Origin: Macrostomum lignano
Lineage: Eukaryota
Assembly (NCBI GenBank): GCA_002269645.1
Contig: NIVC01000995.1
Location: 310,001 to 374,000 of the forward strand
Direction of reading: 5' to 3'
Length of the DNA stretch: 64,000 nucleotides
The notes beneath the pieces are model-generated. The model saw only the letters and a program-made list of their open reading frames with translations. It was not told the DNA's origin and made no database searches. Below are positions 36,501 to 50,211 of this stretch, one piece after another. The translations under genes were made by a program, and so were the position numbers. Every line of letters starts with the position of its first letter. Within the stretch, counting starts at the first letter, position 1.

Positions 36501-39500
36501 GCTGATGTCTCACCGGTGTCTCAACCGAGTCTCTCTAGCTGATGTCTCACCGGTGTCTCAACCGAGTCTCTCTAGCTGATGTCTCACCGGTGTCTCAACT
36601 GAGTCTCTCTAGCTGCCGTCCCACCGGTGTCTCAACCGAGTCTCTCTAGCTGTTGTCCCACCCCGGTGTCTCAACTGAGTCTCTCTATCTGATGTCCAAC
36701 CGGTGTCTCAACTGAGTCTCTCTATCTGATGTTCAACCGGTGTCTCAACTGAGTCTCTCTAGCTGATGTCTCACCGGTGTCTCAACTGAGTCTCTCTAGC
36801 TGATGTCTCACCGGTGTCTCAACCGAGTCTCTCTAGCTGATGTCTCACCGGTGTCTCAACCGAGTCTCTCTAGCTGATGTCCAACCGGTGTCTCAACCGA
36901 GTCTCTCTAGCTGATGTCCCACCCCGGTGTCTCAACTGAGTCTCTCTATCTGATGTTCAACCGGTGTCTCAACTGAGTCTCTCTATCTGATGTTCAACCG
37001 GTGTCTCAACTGAGTCTCTCTAGCTGATGTCTCACCGGTGTCTCAACTGAGTCTCTCTAGCTGATGTCTCACCGGTGTCTCAACCGAGTCTCTCTAGCTG
37101 ATGTCCAACCGGTGTCTCAACCGAGTCTCTCTAGCTGATGTCCCACCCCGGTGTCTCAACTGAGTCTCTCTATCTGATGTTCAACCGGTGTCTCAACTGA
37201 GTCTCTCTAGCTGATGTCTCACCGGTGTCTCAACCGAGTCTTTCTAGCTGATGTCCAACCGGTGTCTCAACCGAGTCTCTATCTGATGTCCAACCGGTGT
37301 CTCAACCGTGTCTCTATCTGATGTCCAACCGGTGTCTCAACCGAGTCTCTATCTGATGTTCAATCGGTGTCTCAACCGAGTCTCTGTCTGATGTCCCACC
37401 GGTGTCTCAACCGAGTCTCTGTCTGATGTCCCATCGGTGTCTCAACCGAGTCTCTGTCTGATGTCCCACCGGTGTCTCAACCGAGTCTCTGTCTGATGTC
37501 CCATCGGTGTCTCAACCGAGTCTCTATCTGATGTCCCACCGGTGTCTCAACCGAGTCTCTATCTGATGTCCCACCGGTGTCTCAACCGAGTCTCTGTCTG
37601 ATGTCCCACCAGTGTCTCAACGGATGAACTCAGACAGCAGTGGCTATTCGAACTCAAGCTGGCCTCAACTATGATACACAATTAAGCATGAGTTGCGGCA
37701 TTTACCCACCAACCGAGTTAGTTATGAGAGAAGAAGCGAATTGGCAGTTCAAGAAAATTATCCTGCCCCCAGCATTGGAATTTTCTGTCAGCTAAATATT
37801 AATAAACCCCTTGGGGTGCCGAATGGAGAAAAGTGTTCGCAACTGTGTCCCGGAAAATTCACAAGCAGTTTTGCACCAGCTGATTACTAATCGGTTGGCA
37901 ATAGTTCGTGCCTAAGATGCCACATCAGCCCCAGGGGCAACTGGGGGGGGGGAGCAGGAGAAGGGAGATGTGGGAAAACGACGGCCGACCTGCAGCCTGG
38001 CTCGGGTCCCGGCCTGGCCTCTCCAGATGGCCGGATGGCCGGCGGACATGCTGGCTGGGTGCATTTGCCACGCAGATGCACCCAGCCAGCGAGGCTTGAT
38101 TGACACCGGCCCGTCTGCTTGCAGGAGCAGCTTAATTATATTAAATTATCTTCCTGCGGTGCCAGACCATTCATTGTTCATCAATTTTGCCAGCCCTTTC
38201 TATAGCATGGGAGGGTGGTACTCAGAGAGTACTCATCGATGCCAAACCGGTCCATCTTGATTAATTAATATCGGGAGCTGAGGTGCAGCATCCAGGATGA
38301 TGCAAATTCGCGTCCGGAAATTGTCTAATTGCCGAATTACGAAACCGCAAACCAAACAGAGAGTTGTAGGCAAACTTAGTCACCTGCCTACCTCTGCCTC
38401 TCCATCTCGATAGAAGGGATTTTCCCTGATTAGCATCCTAAACTCCAATCCAAGAGACAGTGGCGCCTCACTAAGAGACAGTGGCGCCTCACTAAGAGAC
38501 AGTGGCGCCTCACTAAGAGACAGTGGCGCCTCACTAAGAGACAGTGGCGCCTCACTAAGAGACAGTGGCGCCTCACTAAGAGACAGTGGCGCCTCACTAA
38601 GAGACAGTGGCGCCTCACTAAGAGACAGTGGCGCCTCACTAAGAGACAGTGGCGCCTCACTAAGAGACAGTGGCGCCTCACTAAGAGACAGTGGCGCCTC
38701 ACTAAGAGACAGTGGCGCCTCACTAAGAGACAGTGGCGCCTCACTAAGAGACAGTTAAGAGACAGTGGCGCCTCACTAAGAGACAGTGGCGCCTCACTAA
38801 GAGACAGTGGCGCCTCACTAAGAGACAGTGGCGCCTCACTAAGAGACAGTTAAGAGACAGTGGCGCCTCACTAAGAGACAGTGGCGCCTCACTAAGAGAC
38901 AGTTAAGAGACAGTGGCGCCTCACTAAGAGACAGTGGCGCCTCACTAAGAGACAGTTAAGAGACAGTGGCGCCTCACTAAGAGACAGTTAAGAGACAGTG
39001 GCGCCTCACTAAGAGACAGTGGCGCCTCACTAAGAGACAGTGACGCCTCACTAAGAGACAGTGGCGCCTCACTAAGAGACAGTGGCGCCCCACCAAGAGA
39101 CAGTGGCGCCCCACCAAGAGACAGTGGCGCCTCACCAAGAGACATTGGCGCCTCACTAAGAGACAGTTAAGAGACAGTGGCGCCTCACTAAGAGACAGTG
39201 GCGCCCCACTAAGAGACAGTTAAGAGACAGTGGCGCCTCACTAAGAGACAGTTAAGAGACAGTGGCGCCTCACTAAGAGACAGTGGCGCCTCACTAAGAG
39301 ACAGTTAAGAGACAGTGGCGCCTCACTAAGAGACAGTTAAGAGACAGTGGCGCCTCACTAAGAGACAGTGGCGCCCCACTAAGAGACAGTTAAGAGACAG
39401 TGGCGCCTCACTAAGAGACAGTGACGCCTCACTAAGAGACAGTGGCGCCCCACCAAGAGACAGTGGCGCCTCACTAAGAGACAGTGGCGCCCCACCAAGA

Positions 39501-42500
39501 GACAGTGGCGCCTCACTAAGAGACAGTGGCGCCCCACCAAGAGACAGTGGCGCCCCACCAAGAGACAGTGGCGCCCCACCAAGAGACAGGCGCGGGCACC
39601 AAGTTAAGTTTCACTGGCGCTCCTCAGGGCTGAGGCCCCTTGCAGTTAAAAGTGAACTGTACGCTCGTAGTACATAGTCTGCCCATCAAGCGCAAGGGCT
39701 TCAGGAACCAGCGGACGCAGAAATCAAATCTATAGTCGATCGATCTCACAGGGTGTACAGAGGCCCAGACTTTCACATCTTTAGGCAGTGGAACTGAATG
39801 CAGACCTTCTCCCTTCTTACACCTAAGCTACCTGGATAAAGTTTTACATTAATTTTGCAGAGCGTGTCGAACTACCTGATCCTGAGCCTGGCTGTCGCCG
39901 ACCTGATGGTGGCCACCCTGGTGATGCCCATCTGCGCCCTGAAGGAGATGTCCAAAGTCTGGTGGCTCGGTAAGATGTTAATTCGCTTGAATACTGAGTT
40001 GCTCACTGCTTAACCGTAGTCTCAAACTGAGTCACTAACTGCTCTATCAGTCTCAAACTGAGTCACTAACTGCTCTATCAGTCTCAAACTGAGTCACTAA
40101 CTGCTCTATCAGTCTCAAACTGAGTCACTAACTGCTCTATCAGTCTCAAACTGAGTCACTTACTGCTCTATCAGTCTCAAACTGAGTCACTAACTGCTCT
40201 ATCAGTCTCAAACTGAGTCACTCACTGATCTATCAGTCTCAAACTGAGTCACTAACTGCTCTATCAGTCTCAAACTGAGTCACTAACTGCTCTATCAGTC
40301 TCAAACTGAGTCACTCACTGCTCTATCAGTCTTAAACTGAGTCACTAACTGCTCTATCAGTCTCAAACTGAGTCACTTACTGCTCTATCAGTCTCAAACT
40401 GAGTCACTAACTGCTCTATCAGTCTCAAACTGAGTCACTCACTGATCTATCAGTCTCAAACTGAGTCACTAACTGCTCTATCAGTCTCAAACTGAGTCAC
40501 TCACTGATCTATCAGTCTCAAACTGAGTCACTAACTGCTCTATCAGTCTCAAACTGAGTCACTCACTGCTCTATCAGTCTTAAACTGAGTCACTAACTGC
40601 TCTATCAGTCTCAAACTGAGTCACTCACTGCTCTATCAGTCTCAAACTGAGTCAGTCACATCACAAGGCAATTTTCATTCAGTACTGTTATTGGGTCGAA
40701 TCTGTCCAATGCCTGGATGCAGGGTCCATCACCACTCAATCGATTTTCACCAACACTGTTAGGCGCCTCAAGTGCTTTTCCTTGTCAGTCAGCCTAGCAC
40801 CGCGTCATTTATTAGCGTCAGCGTATTCGGTGTAAAACAAAGGCGAAAGTACCAGCTATATAGACAGCGGAACACCATCGCAACGCAGCCAGGCCTCGTC
40901 ATCATCATCAGTCGGAATTTCCACCCCATACCTCTCCCTCAACCCCCTCTCTCCCTCTCGCCTGTTTCCTTACTAATTCTTTTCAAGCATCGCCAGTCGC
41001 GTTGGCGGGGGACGCCCAGACGTAAAAAATAGCTGGCGTTGGAGGCGGCGATGGAGAGCGGCGCATGCAGGCAGCGTCAGGTCGCCCGCTACACCGCCGG
41101 CCAGACCAAATAGGGAAGGGGGCGACCGGGACAACAACGGGAGGGCAAGAAGACTAAAGCTGGGACACACAAGAAGGAGCGTCTCCGGTCGCTGTTCTCC
41201 CCCTTTTCAAAGCTGTCGGGGCCTCCTGCAAGCTGTGCCAGCAAAAATATCTGGCGTAGTCCAGCAGAGGGAAAGAAAGAATTAGGCTATATAAACGCGT
41301 TTCCTGATCCTCCCAGCCCAGGGGGATCAGCTTTCGCTTTGGTTTGTTCCCTGTTTCCTAACCCGTTTCGCCAAGCCTTTACATCCGGACTGGAGTAGCT
41401 TTAATCCCCGATCCCACCTATCCCTGATGCCGTGTCGGACCGAGGCGGCCTTTGGGACAAAAAAGTTTAGCCAAGGGGGGCTGAATTAGACCAAGCCGAG
41501 AGGGTAGTGGGTGCTGGGTATAAGCTGGAATAACAGGAGGGGAAAGGGGGATCGAGAGATGAGGCTTCAAAAGCGGCTGGAATGCGACGGTTGGACACAG
41601 GAGGACCTGCGCAGACTGGGAAGCGATGGGACCAGCTGATTGAACTCCGTCAGTTGATCTGCTGGCCGTGGGGGGGGGGGGTAAATCAGACGCCTTGGGC
41701 TGTCACTGACCAGGCAGTGGCTTGCGCGCACTTATAAATTTATATTTAATTTATATTTAACTACAATCCAATTGAAGAGCAGCCGGCAGTGGGGGGGGGA
41801 CAGATGGCAATAATAGTCTGCTGAATGAGGCCACGGTAGTTAAAGCGAACTATTGGGTTGAAATGCAAATGAATAGGAGACCGTATTTCTATATAATAAC
41901 TAGCATCGTTATGATATATCTCTAGCTGCGCAGAAACTCAAGTGTTCCGATAATCCTTTCCTCCCTTATTTCCAGACTTACGAGCGTTATGGCTAAGCAT
42001 GGCAAAAGAGGCTTGCCGCTGTTGCCTGTTATGCAGGAAAATGCGCAAAATAATTTGAAATTTAATCTTATTTACGATGCTTATGGGGAAGCGGCATGCT
42101 TAAAATTTTTTTTAATAAGTTTGAAAGTCGTTATAAAAACAAAAATTTATTAACCTGGCCCTTATGGTTTTATAAGTACACAGACAGGCACAGGGCAGAG
42201 TGGCGGGGTGAGGACTGGTACTGGCAGAGTGGCGGGGGTGAGGACTGGCACTGGCAGAGTGGCGGGGTGAGGACTGGCACTGGCAGAGTGGCGGGGTGGG
42301 GACTGGCACTGGCAGAGTGGCGGGGTGGGGACTGGCACTGGCAGAGTGGCGGGGGTGAGGGCTGGCGCTGGCAAAGTGACGTGGTGAGGCCTGGCGCTGG
42401 CAGAGAGGCATTACAGCAACAAATGTGGGCACAGTAAAACGAGCAGCGGTTTAAATATTCTTAAGCCATTTTTAGCCGAAAATTGCAGGTATAAAGCACT

Positions 42501-43440
42501 AATAAATCAGCCCTACTCTACAGGTGTGCACCTGTGCGACCTGTGGACCTGCCTAGACGTGCTGTGCTGCACAGCTTCGATCCTGCACCTGGTTGGCATA
42601 GCGGTTGATCGCTACTGGGCCGTCACCAACATCAACTACATCAGAGCCCGCACCGGACGCCGCATCGGCCTGATGATCGCCGCCATTTGGATCATCAGCG
42701 CCGCGATCAGCGCCCCGGCGCGCTTCTGGCGCATGAGGAAAGAGCCGGACGAGTGTCGCATCAACGAATCGCCAGCTTACACCGTATTCTCAACTGTTGG
42801 CGCCTTCTACCTGCCCATGCTGTTCATGATCGGCATCTACCTGAGAATTTATCACGCCGCTCGCAAAAGAATTCGTCGGAAAGCCTTCAAGCCAAGCCAG
42901 CCGGCGGCTTCGGCCGCGGCAACTGCCGCTGCGACGGCGCAGCAGCAGCAGCAGCAGGCGGCGAAAAAATCCACATCCGATTCCGACCACACGCCGGAAG
43001 TGTCCAGTGGCGCAGGTCCCTGTCAAACGACGTCATTTAGCGCTACTACTAAAAAGCTGAACTCAAAGCAGAAAAAACAGCAGCAGAAACAGCTACAACA
43101 AAACGGTCGAGCAGAAGCTCAGGAGCGCATCACCATCCAGTCCAAAGCGGCTATGCAGCGCGAGAGGCTGGAACAGAAACGAGAAAGGAAGGCAGCAAGA
43201 ACCCTGGCGATAATTACAGGCTGCTTTCTGTTCTGCTGGTTCCCCTTCTTCGTTCGAGCCATAGTCTGTCCCTTCTATTCGCCGCTGTGCACCGACCTCA
43301 TCTCCGAGACTGGGCACTCGTTGATCCAGTGGTTGGGCTACACAAACAGCCTGCTCAATCCAGTGATATACACCATCTTCTCGCCGGACTTTCGCAGCGC
43401 ATTTAGCAAGATCCTATTTGGACGTTACCGACGAAGGTGA
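33552..43440 (+). CDS. HTR1: Serotonin receptor, 5-HT1-like class A GPCR (3 exons: 33552-33821, 39861-39969, 42524-43440)
   Basis: GNVFVVAAIILERNLQ|SVSNYLILSLAVADLMVA..VMP; TM3 LDVLCCTASILHL..IAVDRYW; AFYLP; KRERKAARTLAIITGCFLFCWFPFF; WLGYTNSLLNPVIY; splice phases are consistent. Confidence 0.93.
33836..35495. repeat. 28-bp minisatellite in 5-HT receptor intron 1
   Basis: Unit ctgggaggctggcccagcaactgaggat, starting ~15 bp after the donor. Confidence 0.97.
36455..37620. repeat. 35-37-bp minisatellite (intronic)
   Basis: Unit tgagtctctctagctgatgtctcaccggtgtctcaac. Confidence 0.95.
38452..39590. repeat. 21-bp minisatellite (intronic)
   Basis: Unit gagacagtggcgcctcactaa. Confidence 0.97.
39679..39800 (+). 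mobile_element. ~200-bp structured dispersed repeat, copy 4 (degenerate)
   Basis: ctcacagggtgtacagaggcccagactttcacatctttaggca matches the core of the other copies. Confidence 0.55.
40017..40660. repeat. 31-bp minisatellite in 5-HT receptor intron 2
   Basis: Unit agtctcaaactgagtcactaactgctctatc; each unit contains TGAGTCA. Confidence 0.96.
42185..42405. repeat. G-rich ~30-bp repeat (intronic)
   Basis: Unit ggcagagtggcgggggtgaggactggcact. Confidence 0.9.
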
Positions 43441-44525
43441 CTCGTCGGTTTGACAAGGTCCTGATGTTCGTTTTGTACCGACGAGGGTAACCGTAACTGA
43501 TTCAGCAAGATCCTGCTCGATTGGTACCGATGAGGGTGATGTGATTGAGCAAGATCCTGTCCGATTGGTACCGATGAGGGTGATGTGATTGAGCAAGATC
43601 CTGTCCGATTGGTACCGATGAGGGTGAAGTGATTGAGCAAGATCCTGCTCGATTGGTACCGATGAGGGTGATGTGATTGAGCAAGATCCTGTCCGATTGG
43701 TACTGATGAGAGTGATGTGATTGAGCAAGATCCTGTCCGATTGGTACTGATGAGAGTGATGTGATTGAGCAAGATCCTGCTCGATTGGTACCGATGAGGG
43801 TGATGTGATTGAGCAAGATCCTGTCCGATTGGTACCGATGAGAGTGATGTGATTGAGCAAGATCCTGCTCGATTGGTACCGATGAGAGTGATGTGATTGA
43901 GCAAGATCCTGTCCGATTGGTACTGATGAGAGTGATGTGATTGAGCAAGATCCTGTCCGATTGGTACCGATGAGAGTGATGTGATTGAGCAAGATCCTGC
44001 TCGATTGGTACCGATGAGGGTGATGTGATTGAGCAAGATCCTGTCCGATTGGTACCGATGAGAGTGATGTGATTGAGCAAGATCCTGCTCGATTGGTACC
44101 GATGAGAGTGATGTGATTGAGCAAGATCCTGTCCGATTGGTACTGATGAGAGTGATGTGATTGAGCAAGATCCTGTCCGATTGGTACCGATGAGAGTGAT
44201 GTGATTGAGCAAGATCCTGCTCGATTGGTACCGATGAGGGTGATGTGATTGAGCAAGATCCTGCTCGATTGGTACCGATGAGAGTGATGTGATTGAGCAA
44301 GATCCTGCTCGATTGGTACCGATGAGAGTGATGTGATTGAGCAAGATCCTGCTCGATTGGTACCGATGAGGGTGATGTGATTGAGCAAGATCCTGCTCGT
44401 TTGGTACCGATGAGAGTGATGTGATTGAGCAAGATCCTGCTCGATTGGTACCGATGAGAGTGATGTGATTGAGCAAGATCCTGCTCGATTGGTACCGATG
44501 AGAGTGATGTGATTGAGCAAGATCC
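43441..44525. repeat. 44-bp minisatellite directly after the 5-HT receptor stop codon
   Basis: Unit gattgagcaagatcctgctcgattggtaccgatgagggtgatgt; first AATAAA downstream is at 44571. Confidence 0.97.
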
Positions 44526-46323
44526 TTGATACTTTTCGCACGACGATTTAGTGACATGCAAATGTAAAAAAATAAAGTAGATCCAGCTGTACTCGTAGCC
44601 CTATATCTGAAAAAAATTCTCTCATTGCCAGACTATATTATATTGAATGTCTATATATTCTATTTTTCTGTTGAAATAAAAGTAAAAATACAGTGCACCC
44701 AGTCTGCTCTACTGCCGAACGCTTCTTTGATGCCATCCAAGCGTGGCCACTTTCGGCTTGCGTAAATTTCAAGCCGGTAAAGCCGCTCTCAGCAACATGC
44801 AGCTTTGACATTTCCATTCGCCTTGTTTTAGTTTTTACCTTTTTTCCTTTAAAATGGCAGCGCTTCTACCAGCGTCTTCCTAGCGACCTCCTCTGCTATC
44901 CCTTTCCCTCCAAGCACGCGATCGGTCTGACAAATATAGTATGCAAAAGGGCGCACAGCTTCTACCAGACGAACGAAAAAAGTGGCTCAATAATGTTTTA
45001 AGGTAAAGACCCTAGAACGGGCTCCCCTCCCTGATTAAGCTAATAAGGAAGGCTAATTAAGCTAATAGTCTACGAGCTATTGATGAAAAACTCCGACGGG
45101 TAACCGTGGAACTCGAAGCGCATTGACTACGAGCATACAGGCTACAAGCTAATAACTCTCTCTGGCATTGACTTGCCGTATGTGTTGTCTGCAGCAGCTG
45201 GCTCCTGCCGTGCGCTCACACTTTCTAATGGTGCACACGGTTGGTCTGCGTGTGCGTATTAACATTGCCCAATTTTATCGCCCCGTATCCATGCACACTA
45301 TCCATGTTTACGCGCGTAAGGAACACAACAAGTCACGAAGCATGCAGCTGTCTTTTTGCGCGCCTGTCGAGAGATCACCCGGAAAAGGGAAGAGGCAAGA
45401 TGTAGGTTGTACGAGGTCGTAAAGAAAGTTTTTATTCGGGCCCGCCCGCAAGGCGAGGACTCCCTCCAGGCAGAGAGACCCAGCTGCGGGACAGCGGCGG
45501 AGCAAAAGTTGCATTTCCTTCTCCTAGAAGAAGTTTCCTTAAGTAATTAATGCGTTGGGACAAGTGGGCCGGCTGTCCAACGCGAGATGCCTATCAGAGA
45601 CGAGAGCTGTGGAGAGACTTGTCTTGTTGTTTCGCGGCTCTACGAATCGTCCGCAATCAGTCATCCGGGAGGTTGCGAGTGACTGATCGAGAGTCTCCGG
45701 GGGCGGACGGGATGGCGACACATTCTGACCACTGCGTTCTGGACCTCAATGCCAGCAGCTGAGACAGCAAGGATGAAGGAGTGAGTAGAGGCCGGATGCA
45801 GAGATGTTATTAGAGAGAGAAAGAGAAGAGTTGAAGACATAAGAGAAATCGAAAGATGAATGCAGCTGGAAGGGAGTCGAGGAGCTGATGGGGAAAGGAG
45901 TGGAGAAAATGGCAGAGAAAGGAAACAGAAAGGAGATTAGTGAAGAAAATGGAAGTGGAATGGTGACATCACTGACTGATCGCTCACTAATTAAGGCTGA
46001 TTCACGCTGTCATCAAATCACACGACCGATTTATAAAGGAATGACGGTATGATCACACGAACTTTGGCCTTACTTGATGGCGGTGTGGACGAGCTTTAAC
46101 CAGTTATGAAATTCGCATGGATTTGTTTTACTCTCAGAGACTGACGCTGAGACGCAGAGAGTCTGATAGGGTTCTGCTAGGGGACTCGATCTGCTGGCAG
46201 TCGAATAACCAGGCAAACATGCTGGGCAAAAGTTTGCCAGAGGTGGAGCTATAGATGGAGAGTGAATCAGGTTCGAACCACGCGGACCACCCTGCAGCGA
46301 GTGAGGAATCCTCATTTCTCTCC

Positions 46324-46544
<221 letters not shown>

Positions 46545-46759
46545 TTCATCATATTTGTCGACGCCAATTTCCAGCGCCAATGAAGTAGGCCTATGTTCGG
46601 CAATATTGCCAAAATGCGATATCTGCTGCTTGGCTGGGCGTGTCTGCGGGGTGGATGGTGGGGCGCCCCTGCACTTCTCAGCGCCTCATCTGGGCGCCAA
46701 TTGAGCCCGCAAATGAGGTGGAACTGGTTGGCCCCGGCACTGTTGGAGCTGGGGGTTGA

Positions 46760-47335
46760 GACCAGGGACACCTAAATAACTAAAACTGGACTGGAGCTGG
46801 TTGAGACCCAGGGACACCTAAATAACTAAAACGGGACTGGAGCTGGTGATTGAGACCAGGGACACCTAAATAACTAAACTAGACTGGAGGTTAAGACAAG
46901 GGACACCTAAATAACTAAACTGGACTGGAGCTGTTTGAGACACAGGGACACCTACATGTAAATAACTAAACTGGACTGAAGCTGGTGGTTGAGACCAGGG
47001 ACACCTAAATAACTAAAAATGGACTGGAGCTGCTGGTTGAGACCAGGGACACCTAAATACTAAAAATGGACTGGAGCTGGTGGTTTAGACCAGGGACACC
47101 TAAATAACTTAATTGGACTGGAGCTGGTTGAGACCAGGGACACCTACATGCAAATAACTTAATTGGACTGGAGCTGGTTGAGAGCAGGGACACCTAAATA
47201 ACTAAACTGGAGCTGGTGGTTGAGACCAGGGACACCTAAATAACTTAATTGGACTGGAGCTGGTTGAGACCAGGGACACCTACATGCAAATAACTTAATT
47301 GGACTGGAGCTGGTTGAGACCACTGACACCTAAAT
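46760..47335. repeat. ~45-bp minisatellite
   Basis: Unit gagaccagggacacctaaataactaaactggactggagctggtt with indels. Confidence 0.92.
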
Positions 47336-48094
47336 ATACATGTAGCTAAACTGTACTGAATAAAAGACATCTCTAGCAGCTCGCTAAAATGCAAATGATT
47401 TGTGGTGGCCCCCTAAAAGTTTTGTCTCCTGGATCCGCCTCTGATCGAGAAGGCAACGTTGGCCATCGTACTGGATTTGAAATGGAGACTTTATTTTATT
47501 GCCGAACAAGACGCCTGCTGCATCAACTTTGAATGTGCCTCAGGGAATTGAATAAAGCACTGTTGGCGGTCACTGAGACCGTTCTGAGTTTAAATTCAAC
47601 CAAACTTCACCCAAGTTCTCAATCCCAGTTGCTATCCAAAGGTCTCGGGATTTTCCGCACTCACTGCTTTTCAATTGAATTTTGGTTACGAAATTCTGAA
47701 GTTTACAGCTGGAAATTCGATTAAAAACTCACGTGCTCAACTTTTTGTCGCCACCTGTCACGCAGCTCGGGCTGAACGGCTGGCAGCCGAAGTTTTGGGG
47801 ACCGGGAGGCTGGAGGGCTCCACTCGCGTGCAACCTCATCAGAGCGGTGGGAAGGGGAAAAAAGCCTGATTATTTATATATTCTGCAGTCAGCAAAATGG
47901 TGGGTGCGTGTGTGTGTGCGTGTGTGCTCCTTCGATGACAAACAGCAGAGCCTTCAATCAGAAGCGTGATAGCCGACTCATGTCTGCTGCAGCTCAGAGA
48001 AGCGAGTGTGAAAGTGTGAGAGAAAGATAGGAGAGGTTACGGCGACTGGTTGAATTGGCAACATCATTCAAGCTTTTAGGCTCTTCCTCAGGCT

Positions 48095-49270
48095 AAAAGA
48101 GAATGAGAAAGAGAGAGAGAGTTTGTGTGTGTATATGAGAGAGAAGTGAGAGAGAGTGAGAGAGAGGAGGGGAGAAAGAGGGAGGGAGAGAAAGGGGGAG
48201 AGTGAGTGTGTGAGAGAGGTAGGGAGAGAGAGTGTGAGAGAGAAAGATAGAGGGAGGGAGAGGAAGAGAGGGAGGGTGAGAGGGAGGGTGAGTGAGAGAG
48301 AGAGGGGAGGAAGAGAGAGACGGGGGAGGGAGAGAGGGAGTGAGTGAGAGAGAGAGTGTGAGAGAGAGAGGGGGAGAGAGAGGAGGGAGAGTGAGAGAGG
48401 GAGGGAGAGAGAGGGGGAGAGAGAAAGGGGAGAGAGTGTGTGAGAGAGGTAAGGAGAGAGAGTGTGAGAGAGAAAAAGAGAGGGAGGGAGAGGGAGAAAG
48501 GGAGAGAGGGATACAGGGAGAGAGGGAGAGAGGGATACAGGGAGAGAGGGAAAGAGGGATACAGGGAGAGAGGGAGAGAGGGATACAGGGAGAGAGGGAG
48601 AGAGGGATACAGGGAGAGAGGGAGAGAGGGAGAGAGGGAGAGAGGGAGAGAGGGATATAAGGAGAGAGGGAGAGAGGGAGAGAGGGAGAGAGGGAGAGAG
48701 GGATATAAGGAGAGAGGGAGAGAGGGAGAGAGGGAGAGAGGGATATAAGGAGAGAGGGAGAGAGGGAGAGAGGGAGAGAGGGAGAGAGGAGAGAGGATAT
48801 AAGGAGAGAGGGAGAGAGGGAGAGAGGGAGAGAGGGAGAGAGGGAGAGAGGGATATAAGGAGAGAGGGAGAGAGGGAGAGAGGGAGAGAGGGATACAGGG
48901 AGAGAGGGATATAGGGAGAGAGGGAGAGAGAGTGGGAAAGAGGGATACAGGGAGAGAGGGAGAGAGGGATACAGGGAGAGAGGGAGAGAGGGATACAGGG
49001 AGAGAGGGAGAGAGGGATACAGGGAGAGAGGGAGAGAGGGATACAGGGAGAGAGGGAGAGAGGGATACAGGGAGAGAGGGAGAGAGGGATACAGGGAGAG
49101 AGGGAGAGAGGGATAAAGGGAGAGAAGGAGAGAGGGATATAGGGAGAGAGGGATACAGGGATACAGGGAGAGAGGGAGAGAGGGATACAGGGAGAGAGGG
49201 AGAGAGGGATAAAGGGAGAGAAGGAGAGAGGGATATAGGGAGAGAGGGATACAGGGATACAGGGAGAGAG
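48095..49270. repeat. Purine-rich (GA) compound repeat
   Basis: gggagagagggagagagggataca-type units. Confidence 0.95.
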
Positions 49271-50211
49271 TGGGTCACTCTGCAGCCTGCTCTCGGGGAT
49301 CGCTGGGAGGCAGCAGAGGCAGTACTACTGAGCTCGGCGGCGCTGCTCCCCAGTCACTACCGAGTTACCAAGGAGGACGGGGAGGCGGAGGGGAGAAGCG
49401 GAGACGGGTCAGCGGGGCTGGGCAAGGGGCAGCGTCGGGGCGCAGGGGGGTCGGTGGTTTTAATCACGCCTAGCCGGCTCCCCTGAGTGATTGATCCCCG
49501 CTGCTCCACTCTGCTTTAATTGCCCAGACGCCGGGCCCGCGGACTCATCCATGGCGGCAGTGAGGGAGGCGGCGCGGACCCCAAGAGCTGGCCGAATATG
49601 CAGCATGCACTTCCACCCGGGTCCTAGGGCAAGGGGCATGCCCGGGGTACGAGTATAGCTTCTTTGGAATTTGCTTCTTACTTCCTCTCTCTCCTCCCCT
49701 CCCAGCCGCATGCTCCTCTCCTCCTTCACTAGTCTAAATCCCAGAACTTCTCATCCTTCAACTCCTGCTCAATTTCCTTCCAGTTTTGCTCCCCAGACCC
49801 CGCTGCTTTTATCTCGGCTGGGAAAGCGAAAGCTCAGCTGTTGAGGATAACATAAAAGGCGGTATGGGTTTGGAAGCCGGAGACGGCAGACAAGCGAGGC
49901 ATTTCCCAACAGCTTCCGGGCATTCAGACTGGCGGGGGCATTTCTTTTATTTCCTCCTCCGCCTCATCCGTGCGGAACTCCCGCAGCTGGCCTTGGCTCT
50001 GCCGATCCGCCCCGCAATTACAGGCTGCCTGGGAAATTGCGGTCTTGGAGGGATCGATTTTAATTCTGTTTTGTTGGTGGGAGAGTTGAGAGTTCCACGA
50101 AGGAGGCTGGCGATCAGATAGTGGCATAGCATTTAACTGATGGTATGCTATACTATGCTGATAGTGTGCTTTCAGTAACACGACAGAACTGCCAATTAAC
50201 TGCCAATTAAT

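Noticed and set aside
46265-46305. ggttcgaacc B-box-like motif (tRNA/SINE)
   Set aside because: No A box or cloverleaf could be built around it.
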